Shown: positions 16,057-24,134 of the stretch, in pieces | Position numbering within the stretch: position 1 is the first letter of the stretch | Layout: each line of letters begins with the position of its first letter | Virus record (IMG/VR): IMGVR_UViG_3300020161_000999 | Location: 1 to 34,727 of that record | Length of the DNA: 34,727 nt | Strand: one strand, 5' to 3' | Source of the DNA: a virus | Lineage: Duplodnaviria > Caudoviricetes | The notes under the pieces: generated by a model | The model's database searches: none | Told to the model about the DNA's origin: nothing | The model's input: only the letters and a program-made list of their open reading frames with translations | Translations under genes and position numbers: made by a program

Positions 16057-17338
16057 CGGTCGGGTTCTCCTGTTCGGCCTGGTCTTCTGTGTCGTCTTCC
16101 GGTGAATCCTCCACCTCCGCGACGGGCGCGGGCATCGGCTCGGGGGCGGGCGGCTCTTGGCCCACCTTGTCCAGCGTGGTCATGTTCAACTGCACGAAGT
16201 GCTTGTCACCTTCTGGCCCGATGGGGTTGAGGTTCTCCAGTTCGCGGATCTCGTTCACGGTCATCCAGCCGTTCTGGAGAGCGGAAACGTAGTAGGCCGA
16301 CCGGCTCGCGTGGTCGCCCCGCAGCAGGCCGCTCACCGAGTGCTCCGCGAAGAAAACCTCATCGTCTACAACGAGGTCTCTGCTTATGGCCGCCTCCCAC
16401 CGCTTCAGGTGCGGCAGCAGGCAATGCTGGACGAACTCGGTTCCCTGCACCTCAATGTTCGAGTAGGTGCTGCGGTCCAGTTGCTGAACCATGTGAGGCG
16501 GCACGCGGAAAATCCGGCAGCACTCGTACACAGCGAAAGACCGGCTCTCAAGCATCTGGGCAGCCTCGTTGCTGCTGCTCAGTTCATGGGCCTTTACGCC
16601 CGCAGGCAATACTGCCGTTCTGTGAGCCCTATCGCTGCCGCGATGCAACCTTTCCCAAGACTCCCGAAGCCGCTCCGCAGCCTCTACTGGAATTGGGCTC
16701 TCCGACTCCAGCACAACACCGGGGCGTGCATTGTTCCCAAAGAACGTCGCCGCGTGCGTTTCAAGAGCCTGCGAAAGGCCGATGACATTGGAAAAAAGTC
16801 GGTACGTCGGGATCGGCTTGATGCCGTCCTCGGTCGTGAACCGCAGCGCGAATACCTGGTCCTGCGAGTAGATCGTCTCGCGGCCGTTCGGCTCACGATA
16901 CCGATACCGCAACGTGCCATCAGAGAGCCGCTCGGCCTCCATGCGGCTGGAGTGCAGTGGCCACAGTTCAGAGACGGCCCCGCGAGCACCTGGGCGAATC
17001 TCGGCGTAGCTCGCCCCATAGTGGAGATACATGCCGGTCATCCAATCCCGAAACTCCTGCGCCGTCTGCCACGGGTTGGGCTGGGCGTGCAGGAGCCGGT
17101 AGACCGGGTGCGTGGTGGCCTTCGTCTTGCCGCCATTGGCCAGCCGCTCGTAGACGTGCAGCGGCAGCGACGATACCGCATCCGATATGACGCGGATGCA
17201 GGCCGTGTAGGCAGAGCACGCCATTGAGTTGTCGGCAGTCACGCGGATGCCCGAGGGCGTCCGGCTGCTTGAAACCTCGGGCCAGTCGATGCCACGGAGG
17301 TCGAACATCTTGTAATCGGCAGCGGCGTTTTCGCTCAT
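16046..17338 (-). CDS. HK97-family portal protein
   Basis: FRVPPH, YSNIE and GWMTVNEIRELENL motifs. Confidence 0.95.
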   Translation of the reverse strand: MSENAAADYKMFDLRGIDWPEVSSSRTPSGIRVTADNSMACSAYTACIRVISDAVSSLPLHVYERLANGGKTKATTHPVYRLLHAQPNPWQTAQEFRDWMTGMYLHYGASYAEIRPGARGAVSELWPLHSSRMEAERLSDGTLRYRYREPNGRETIYSQDQVFALRFTTEDGIKPIPTYRLFSNVIGLSQALETHAATFFGNNARPGVVLESESPIPVEAAERLRESWERLHRGSDRAHRTAVLPAGVKAHELSSSNEAAQMLESRSFAVYECCRIFRVPPHMVQQLDRSTYSNIEVQGTEFVQHCLLPHLKRWEAAISRDLVVDDEVFFAEHSVSGLLRGDHASRSAYYVSALQNGWMTVNEIRELENLNPIGPEGDKHFVQLNMTTLDKVGQEPPAPEPMPAPVAEVEDSPEDDTEDQAEQENPTDGN

Positions 17339-18999
17339 AAGGTCAGGATGTCCCAGGATTGTTCGGGGGCCGGTGCGGTCGCCGTCGCGTGGATGCCGAG
17401 GGCCATGACCAGGGCCACGATGCCGTCGATGCGTTCGGTTGACTTCGCCTTACTGCATTTCATGTTGCCCTGGTGGTCGGTCTGCAAGGCCACGTTCGCC
17501 GCCATCCAACTCAGCACCGGGTGATTTGCGTGCCGTATCCGTTCCGACATTGCGAGCATCTCAAGCTGACGGCACGGGCTCGTCATGCTGGCATACCCTT
17601 GCCCGTACCCTACGACGTTTAGGCCGTCGCCTTGCAGTTGGGTGGCTAGTTGCGTGGCGTTCCAGCGGTCGATGCCCACCTGCCGGATGTTGTATTTCTT
17701 GGCCAGTTCGTTGATGTCCCGGCGGATCACGTCGTAGTCGGTACAGTTTCCATCCGTGGCCCGCACATAGCCTTCCCGAATCCAGCCGAGGTAGTCCACC
17801 TTATCCCGCAGCGTCCGCTCGGCGGCGTTCTGCTCGGGCACCCAAAAGAACGGCATCACGTCGAAGGTGCCATCGGCCGCCTGGCTCACCATCACGAAGG
17901 CCGACAAGTCGGTCGTGCTCGCCAAGTCGAGGCCCGCATACCACTCCCGCTTTTCCAGTTCGCCGTCGAGGGGCTTGCCGCATTTGGCCCATGTGTCAGG
18001 CGAGAGCCAGCGCGTGTCTTGCGTGGTCCAGACGTTGAGCCGGTAACGCAGGAAGGCGTTGAGCTTGCTGGGGCTTTGCTCGGCCTCGCGGGCGTCGGCC
18101 GCGAATGACTCCAGCGTGATCGTCTCGCCCAGGCTCGGGTTCGCCTGCTTCCAGACCCGATCTTCCTTCCACGTCCCATCGGCTCCGCACTCGGGTGGCG
18201 CGGCGTAGATGCACCCGAAGAAGGCCGGGTCCGTGGTGGGGTCGGCCGTGCATCGCTCGGCGTAGGCGTGCTGCTCCCAGCAGATGCTCTTGCGGTCGTA
18301 GCCCGCCGTCGTGATTGAGAGAAGGAGTGGTTGTTTTCGAGCCGCTCCACCGTACCTGAGTGCGTCGCGTGTTTTGCCCCGGCCTTCGCCCCCGGCTTCT
18401 CAGCCGAGGGCGAAAGCCCAGAGGCGGCGGTCCCTTTGCGCATGAAGTTCATCGAACAGAAGGGCGTGAATATTCAGCCCCTCCGCACGGAACGCATCGG
18501 CCGAGAGCACTCGATAGAACGAGTTGCTCGCCTTGTGGATGATCGTCTTCCGGCTGTCGATCACGTCGAAATACTTCGACAACGCAGGCGAGGCCCGCAC
18601 CATCGACGCGGCCTCCCGGTAGATGATGCCTGCCTGCTCACGGTCGCTGGCCGCCCCGTAGCACTCGGCACCCTTTTCCCCGTCGAACCCGGTCAGGTAG
18701 AGCGCGAGGCCCGCGAGTGTCGTGCTCTTGCCTTGCTTCTTCGGCAGTTCGATGTAGCCGATGCGGTGCTGCCGCGTGCCGTCTGGGTTCAGCCGCCCGA
18801 AGAGCTCGCGGAGCACATGGTGCTGCCAGGGCAGGAGCTTGAACGGCTGGCCCGCGATCTGGCCCTTGCTGTGCCGCAGGATGTTCTCGAAGAACCAGAC
18901 AACGCGCTCGTACTTCTTCTGCCCCTCGGGCGTCAGATCATGCGCCGTGGATCTTAAAGAACTCTTCAACTTCGTCGGTTGGCTTTTCTTCTTTGCCAC
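17335..18999 (-). CDS. terL: Terminase large subunit interrupted by a 51-nt insert containing an in-frame TGA (18400-18402)
   Basis: One frame carries Walker A PKKQGKST, Walker B LLFDE, ITTAG, ANPSLG, GLDLA and IDG; the only internal stop is in the insert. Confidence 0.92.
18367..18417 (-). other. 51-nt hairpin insert in terL (candidate recoding element)
   Basis: 17-bp stem (18381-18418), GAGA loop, two G-U pairs; removal restores RRLW-DALRYG. Confidence 0.85.
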
Positions 19000-19411
19000 C
19001 TAGCCGTGTCCTTGAGGTAGGCGTCAGCCCAAACTCGCCCATTAGTGAGGTTTGCAGGCTCACTAATCCGCGATATAGCGGGCCAGCCGGGTTCGGTTTC
19101 ACGCCACCAAGATCGGTTCGCATGACCGGACCAGTGGCCCGCAGTTCGAGCAAGCACGACTGAGCCGCAGAATACACCTCGCACAAAGTCGCCAGAGCTT
19201 CGCCATCGGCCTGCGTGAGCGTGCCCAGGTCGGTGAGGATCGGCACGAACTCCTGCCACTTGGCAACGGCCACCGGATCGACCATCAGCCGCTCGGGCAT
19301 CGGCGGCGCGCCAGCCGGGGCCGGGAGGTCGGGGCGGATCTTCCGCTTGCCTGGATTTCCTGCCAGCCGCTTCACCGAAGCGGGCATCGGCCGACGACCT
19401 TTTGCTGCCAT
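18938..19411 (-). CDS. terS: Terminase small subunit, P27 family
   Basis: GRRP...GNPGKR...NPA...EFGLTPTSR motif. Confidence 0.92.
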   Translation of the reverse strand: MAAKGRRPMPASVKRLAGNPGKRKIRPDLPAPAGAPPMPERLMVDPVAVAKWQEFVPILTDLGTLTQADGEALATLCEVYSAAQSCLLELRATGPVMRTDLGGVKPNPAGPLYRGLVSLQTSLMGEFGLTPTSRTRLGGKEEKPTDEVEEFFKIHGA

Positions 19412-19590
19412 TCTTTCTAAACCGTAAGGAAGTTTTTTGGTCGCGCTTCACTCAGGACGCAACAGGATCAACGCTCAAGTGCCGTTTTAAGTGCGATTTT
19501 CGGAAGTCGGCTCCGGCGGCTGATCGGGGCACCCAAAAAACGCGGTGCATTCTGCGGCCGCGCGTTTTCCGCTTCTACGGACGGTATTGC

Positions 19591-19935
19591 TCAATCGGGG
19601 GTGTAGCGATTTGCTACACCCCTCCCCGCTCGCGTTTCCATCGCTGTCTTCCTGCTATGGCACGACTGACATCGTGCCTGCCCATTCCCCACGTCGTACC
19701 GTTCGCCGCCCTGGCTGATGGGCACGACGTGGTCTGCGTGCATCTCACGCCCATGTGCCACGCGCCCACAGTCCACGCATTGCCAGTTGCACTTCGTCAG
19801 CACGGCCTGCCGCCATGCCTTGTGTGCCTTGTCGCAGTAGCCTCGTGCTGCCGCGTTGGGCCTGGCCGTGTCGTCGCGCCGTGGGCCTCGCGTGCGTAAG
19901 CGTGGCGGCCTGTGGCTTGGCATCCGTGATGGCAT
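19591..19935 (-). CDS. HNH endonuclease (HK97 gp74-like packaging accessory)
   Basis: CVDC, ADHVVP and N.Q..CQSCHSRKT motifs; upstream of terS. Confidence 0.9.
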   Translation of the reverse strand: MPSRMPSHRPPRLRTRGPRRDDTARPNAAARGYCDKAHKAWRQAVLTKCNWQCVDCGRVAHGREMHADHVVPISQGGERYDVGNGQARCQSCHSRKTAMETRAGRGVANRYTPD

Positions 19936-19999
19936 GCGTCCAGCCTACCGCGTGCGTCCACGTCCCTTGCATGGCCGTCTACTCAATGTGTAGCGCACT

Positions 20000-20296
20000 T
20001 CAGACCGGCGGCTCGGGCAGCGGCATCCAGTGGGTCGGCTTCTGCGTTGAGTTGCATTGCCACCGGACGCCGTACTCGTCGTTGTCGCAGAATGCGATGC
20101 AGCGTTCCCCATCCGGCAGGCAGGCCAGCACTCCGACCGGGTTGCCCATGTAATCCGGCTCCGGCAGCCTGTCGCCCACCGGAATCCAGGGCTGCGGCAC
20201 GATTGTCATGCTGAACCCTTCTGGCAGCGTGGTCATGGCGGCGACCGGATTGCGATCCCTGGCCGCCCATTCGGCTGCAATTCTATCAACACTCAT
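20000..20296 (-). CDS. DUF551 domain protein
   Basis: WIPVGDRLPE...THWMPLPEPP. Confidence 0.85.
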   Translation of the reverse strand: MSVDRIAAEWAARDRNPVAAMTTLPEGFSMTIVPQPWIPVGDRLPEPDYMGNPVGVLACLPDGERCIAFCDNDEYGVRWQCNSTQKPTHWMPLPEPPV

Positions 20297-20329
20297 CCAC
20301 GACTCTCCTTTCGCTCAGTAGCGCACCGG

Positions 20330-20542
20330 CTACTGGCCGATGCCGTTTTCCCAATCGCCGCACCAATCCAGCTCGCTCGTCGCTGGGAAACGGGACTGCT
20401 GCAACGTGCCGATCATCACCAGCGTCGGGGCGTGACGCCTGCAATCGCCTGCTTGTTCGCCCCGCTTGCTTCCCGGCTTCACTCCGCGAGATTCCCAGAA
20501 CTTGCATGAGCCGCAGTCGGGTGGGTACTTGGTTTGTTCCAC
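20330..20542 (-). CDS. Small Cys-containing hypothetical protein (70 aa)
   Basis: CGSCKFW...GDCRRHAP...FP.T...DWCGDW; RBS present. Confidence 0.75.
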   Translation of the reverse strand: MEQTKYPPDCGSCKFWESRGVKPGSKRGEQAGDCRRHAPTLVMIGTLQQSRFPATSELDWCGDWENGIGQ

Positions 20543-20633
20543 GACTCTCCCTTTTCGCTATACGGTCGGACTGAACACTACACCCGCCCGCTTTAGTATG
20601 CGCGGCGAGTGTATACCGCCGGTATATCCGCCC

Positions 20634-20849
20634 CTACGATTCCAAAGCCTCCGCGCATTCATCGCGGATCATCTGCCGAATCTCCTCTGCCAGCCTCGCC
20701 GTTTCGTCGCTCGGCTCTCCGTGCTTCAGGAGCGACCGCAACTTCTGGTCGATCTCCCAGAGGCAGACGAACGCCTTCCGGCCGTTGATCGCGGCATCGT
20801 ACTCGGCCTGCTCGTCAGGCAGTTTGTAGCGGAGGGTGGCGATTGGCAT
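20634..20849 (-). CDS. Hypothetical protein (71 aa)
   Basis: MPIATLRYKLPDEQ... with typical codon usage. Confidence 0.75.
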   Translation of the reverse strand: MPIATLRYKLPDEQAEYDAAINGRKAFVCLWEIDQKLRSLLKHGEPSDETARLAEEIRQMIRDECAEALES

Positions 20850-21062
20850 GGCCGCTTCTTTGTCCGGTTTTCGACGCCCGAAACATATCAATAATGATAG
20901 GTTTTCTGTGCAGTTTCTCTTACGAAATGGCCGCTTCTTTGGCCGATAGCGCACAGGCTATCAGAAACCCCGTCGCTGATAGACCGTCTCCGCTGTCGAT
21001 AGCGCACTTTCGCGATTCGCGAAACGCGAAATTGCCGGATGTAGTCGATGTAGCGCAGCGCG

Positions 21063-21386
21063 TCAGGCGGGCGCAACCGGCCAAGGGATCGCCCCTTCGC
21101 CGCTGTAGACGCTGGGCAGATCGCGGAGCGATTGCCGATACGCGGCCCACGCAGTTTGATCCACCGGAGCGTCGGCTACCTGCGTCCAGTCGCTCGCGGT
21201 CAGCCTCGCGTTACGTTCCTTGCGAACGTCAGCCATGTCGTGCCGCTCTGGCTCGCGCACCCAGCCTGCGGGCAACTCCGCTTCGGGGATCGCGGTGCAG
21301 CCGTCTGGCGGCGTCCAACCTTCGGGCAGATCGTCGCGGACGAACGTGACCACCTGGCCGAGAGCGTTGAGGATTGCGAGTGCCAT
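21063..21386 (-). CDS. Tail fibre assembly chaperone (Phage_tail_APC-like)
   Basis: RKERNARL.ASDWTQ..DAP...W..YRQ.LRDLP...WP motif. Confidence 0.85.
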   Translation of the reverse strand: MALAILNALGQVVTFVRDDLPEGWTPPDGCTAIPEAELPAGWVREPERHDMADVRKERNARLTASDWTQVADAPVDQTAWAAYRQSLRDLPSVYSGEGAIPWPVAPA

Positions 21387-21390
21387 AGCG

Positions 21391-22938
21391 TTAGAACCAC
21401 ACAGTTATGCGAACGTGCCCATCGCCGCCGTTACCGCCACTGCCGGAATTGTTGCCGTTGGCAGACGCACCGCCGCCGCATCCACCGTAACCGTAGGAGA
21501 TGCCGTTAGTGCCGTTGCCGCCAGAAGATGTAGTTGAGGCTGCGCCGCCAGCGCCGTTTGATCCGAACTGCGCCGAGTCGGCGAGGATTTGCCCACCGGC
21601 CAACTGCGAGCCACCGAGATATGCGACGTTCGCGCTACTAATGCCACCGCCCGCGCCGCCTCCTTGCGCGACGTTGCCGCTCGGGAACGCACGCAAGGCG
21701 TTGCCTGTTATTGAAGAGTTTGATCCCGAAATTCCAAGAAATGTACGATTTTCAGACGATCCGCCAAACGATCCGCCGCCGCCAGCGGCGGCAGTGCCGC
21801 CAGACCCGCCGCCGCCACCAAACGCGATAAATGGGTTCGCCCCAGAAAAGAAAAGGCTTGTCTGACCACCGCCCGTGCCGTTACTTCCGTTAGCGTCATC
21901 GGCAGTCGCAGCGGCACCGCCAGCACCACCAGCGGCGATAACGACGCTTATGCTTGTTGTGATGAGCGACGGATTTACGGCTGCCCAGACAGTACCACCG
22001 CTAGCGCCGCCACCACCGCCGAATCGGGCAGTTCCAGCAGCACCGCGTCGGCCACTGCCGCCACCGCCCCCAGCGCCGATAGTGAGAAACTCAACTAGCC
22101 TGGCTCCAGCGGGAACGGACCATATGTAAGACCCGCCGCTGCCGGTAGCCGACGCCGGTCGGGTTGTGCGAGTAAACTCAAAAACTTGGCACAGCGAAAC
22201 CGGATCAGTACCGCCGGGATTGTGCGTCGTGGCGTGTGTGCCGAGCCTCGCCGCCGCGACCGTGCCGGTGGTGATGTCGGCCCCGCTGTGAACGTGGGAG
22301 AGCGGCGTCCTCGCGTCGGTGAATCGGGCGTCGTTCCCTGCCGCAACGGTGGTCGAAGTCTGGCCGACCGGCAGGCGGGCGAAGTCCAGCGTGTCCGATG
22401 TGATCGCAGATGCGCTATGTGTGTGAGATGCGGCCGCCGCGTCCGTGATCCCGTAGCCTGCGAGCGTCGTCGGCTTGCCGGTGAGGCCGCTAAAGGTGGT
22501 CGTCCCAGCCGGGCCGGTCGCACCAGTGGCACCAGTTGCCCCTGCCGGGCCTTGCGCGCCGGTATCGCCTGTATCGCCCTTTGGTCCCTGTGGGCCTGTT
22601 GCTCCGGTGGCACCTGCCGAGCCGGTCGCGCCCTGCGGCCCCTGTGGCCCTTGCGGGCCAGTTGGCCCCGTGTCGCCTGTGTCGCCCTTCGCTCCCTGTG
22701 CTCCGGTCGCTCCAGTGGCGCCGGTGGCCCCGGCTGTCCCAGATGGCCCTTGCGGCCCCTGCGATCCCGTTGCACCTGCCGGGCCGGTGGCGCCGGTCGC
22801 TCCCGCTGGGCCTTGCGGTCCTTGTGGCCCCTGCGCGCCGCTCGGGCCGAACCCAGCCGCCACGGAAACGTCGATCTGCGTCTCACCGACGCTGGCCGTG
22901 ATCTGCTGCCCGCCGCTGACGTTCGCGTTGATCGGCAT
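21391..22938 (-). CDS. Collagen-like fibre protein with glycine-rich C-terminal domain
   Basis: 39 Gly-X-Y triplets, HTH/HVH fibre motifs, GAGGGGG repeats. Confidence 0.85.
   Translation of the reverse strand: MPINANVSGGQQITASVGETQIDVSVAAGFGPSGAQGPQGPQGPAGATGATGPAGATGSQGPQGPSGTAGATGATGATGAQGAKGDTGDTGPTGPQGPQGPQGATGSAGATGATGPQGPKGDTGDTGAQGPAGATGATGATGPAGTTTFSGLTGKPTTLAGYGITDAAAASHTHSASAITSDTLDFARLPVGQTSTTVAAGNDARFTDARTPLSHVHSGADITTGTVAAARLGTHATTHNPGGTDPVSLCQVFEFTRTTRPASATGSGGSYIWSVPAGARLVEFLTIGAGGGGGSGRRGAAGTARFGGGGGASGGTVWAAVNPSLITTSISVVIAAGGAGGAAATADDANGSNGTGGGQTSLFFSGANPFIAFGGGGGSGGTAAAGGGGSFGGSSENRTFLGISGSNSSITGNALRAFPSGNVAQGGGAGGGISSANVAYLGGSQLAGGQILADSAQFGSNGAGGAASTTSSGGNGTNGISYGYGGCGGGASANGNNSGSGGNGGDGHVRITVWF
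22498..22848 (-). repeat. Collagen Gly-X-Y coding repeat
   Basis: Uninterrupted GPQ/GAT/GDT triplets. Confidence 0.9.
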
Positions 22939-23252
22939 CAGAGCACCTCCACGAATCCGGTGAGGGCCGTGCGGGTCGCCTGGTTCTCCACCCACTTCAT
23001 CTGCCAGCCGTAGGTGCCACGGGCCAGGGCGGCCGTCTGCGTGTCGTTCAGGGAGACGTTCACCTGCCCGGCCGTGGCCGAGGCGAACGAGACGGTGAGC
23101 GGCTGCACCTCGTCGCCCGTCACGAGGGATGTGACGCCAGCGGTCACGGTGTAGCCGGTCATGCCGATAGAGAAGTCGATGAGCGTGGAGAAGTCATCGC
23201 CCCGCTTGAACGAGAGATTGAGCGCGCCGGGTGTTTGATCGTAGGAGGCCAT
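22938..23252 (-). CDS. Putative virion protein (BppU-N-like fibre anchor)
   Basis: RGDDF...GQVNVSL...QTAAL..GTY.W pattern; coupled to the fibre gene. Confidence 0.55.
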   Translation of the reverse strand: MASYDQTPGALNLSFKRGDDFSTLIDFSIGMTGYTVTAGVTSLVTGDEVQPLTVSFASATAGQVNVSLNDTQTAALARGTYGWQMKWVENQATRTALTGFVEVL

Positions 23253-23542
23253 TAGTTTGTGCCCTCGTTATTAGCAGGCCGTGCAAGCACCTGTTGGATC
23301 TCGGCCTGGCCCTTGGCGAGCTCCTGCAATGTCTCGGCCTGGCGGGCCATCGTCTCCTTCGCACTCTCCAGAAACTCGACGTGTGACTGCACCACCGGCT
23401 CGACCACCGTGCTGTGCAGGGCAATCGCCGCTTCACGCCCGAAATACAGCACGACGGCCAGGATCACGCACGGCACGCCGAAGCGGTCAGCGATCCGCAG
23501 GAAGGTGTCGAGCACGCCTTGCTTGAGTTCTTCGCCGGTCAT
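23252..23542 (-). CDS. Single-TM coiled-coil protein (holin-like)
   Basis: FGVPCVILAVVLYFG helix followed by a coiled coil. Confidence 0.55.
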   Translation of the reverse strand: MTGEELKQGVLDTFLRIADRFGVPCVILAVVLYFGREAAIALHSTVVEPVVQSHVEFLESAKETMARQAETLQELAKGQAEIQQVLARPANNEGTN

Positions 23543-23883
23543 CGCTTCCGCATCTCCAATTGCCACCCTACCAACGAGATGCGGTGGCTGGCAGATTTCA
23601 TCCACCACGCCAGCACGGCCTTCACGATCTCCTGAATGAGCGCCCCCAGCAGCAGCGACAGGATTATTCCCATCTGCACGTTCTGCCGCTCGCTCCGCTC
23701 AATGCTGTGGCCCACCTGTTCCAGCATCACCCCGTAGCTCTCGGGCCGGGCTTGGCTCAGCGACATGGCGGGCCACTTCCTCACCACGCGCCGCACCAGG
23801 CGCGAGACGAGCGGCTTCCCGGCGAGGTGCTTCCGCGCCGACAGGCTGGCCCACACGGCGGCGTCCAGGTCTTCGAGGCTCAT
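23539..23883 (-). CDS. Hypothetical membrane protein
   Basis: GIILSLLLGALI segment; ATGA overlaps. Confidence 0.65.
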   Translation of the reverse strand: MSLEDLDAAVWASLSARKHLAGKPLVSRLVRRVVRKWPAMSLSQARPESYGVMLEQVGHSIERSERQNVQMGIILSLLLGALIQEIVKAVLAWWMKSASHRISLVGWQLEMRKR

Positions 23884-24134
23884 GATTTCTTCCCCGTGCC
23901 TTTGCAAACCGGGCAGGGCATCACAATCCGCCCGTCTCCGATCTTCCCGGTGCCGTCGCAGTTCTCGCACTTGTCGCCCTTCGGGGCCGGTGCCATCTCC
24001 TGTGAGAGCTTCACGCTCATGCGGGCCGTCTCGCAGGCGAGATCCGCCGCGATGTCGGGGTGGTCAGGGGCCGGGGCTCCGCAGCCTCTGGCGAAGAGCA
24101 GGAACGTGCCGGTGACTAGGGCCGCCGTTTTCAC
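23880..24134 (-). CDS. Putative lipoprotein with DnaJ-type CxxCxGxG zinc motifs
   Basis: Signal-like N-terminus ending ARG-C; CENCDGTG and CPVCKGTG. Confidence 0.65.
   Translation of the reverse strand: MKTAALVTGTFLLFARGCGAPAPDHPDIAADLACETARMSVKLSQEMAPAPKGDKCENCDGTGKIGDGRIVMPCPVCKGTGKKS

Larger units (their letters stand above)
19991..21058 (-). repeat. Five GTGCGCTA direct repeats (four exact, one 7/8) delimiting small genes and short units
   Basis: Copies at 19991, 20319, 20947, 21000 and 21051. Confidence 0.75.

Noticed and set aside
18400-18402. Genome-wide UGA reassignment or selenocysteine insertion
   Set aside because: TGA ends many genes here (capsid, terS, chaperone). The codon lies in an insert rather than at a conserved Trp or Cys, and no convincing separate SECIS-like stem follows it.
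18367-18417. Group I/II intron or intein
   Set aside because: Far too short for a catalytic core or splicing domain, and it contains a stop codon.
17335-18999. terL as two independent genes, as in the ORF track
   Set aside because: This would leave 158 in-frame codons untranslated, including ITTAG and ANPSLG, and would cut the ATPase domain.
20947-21058. CRISPR mini-array
   Set aside because: Repeats are only 8-11 bp, there are no cas genes, and spacing becomes irregular beyond two units.
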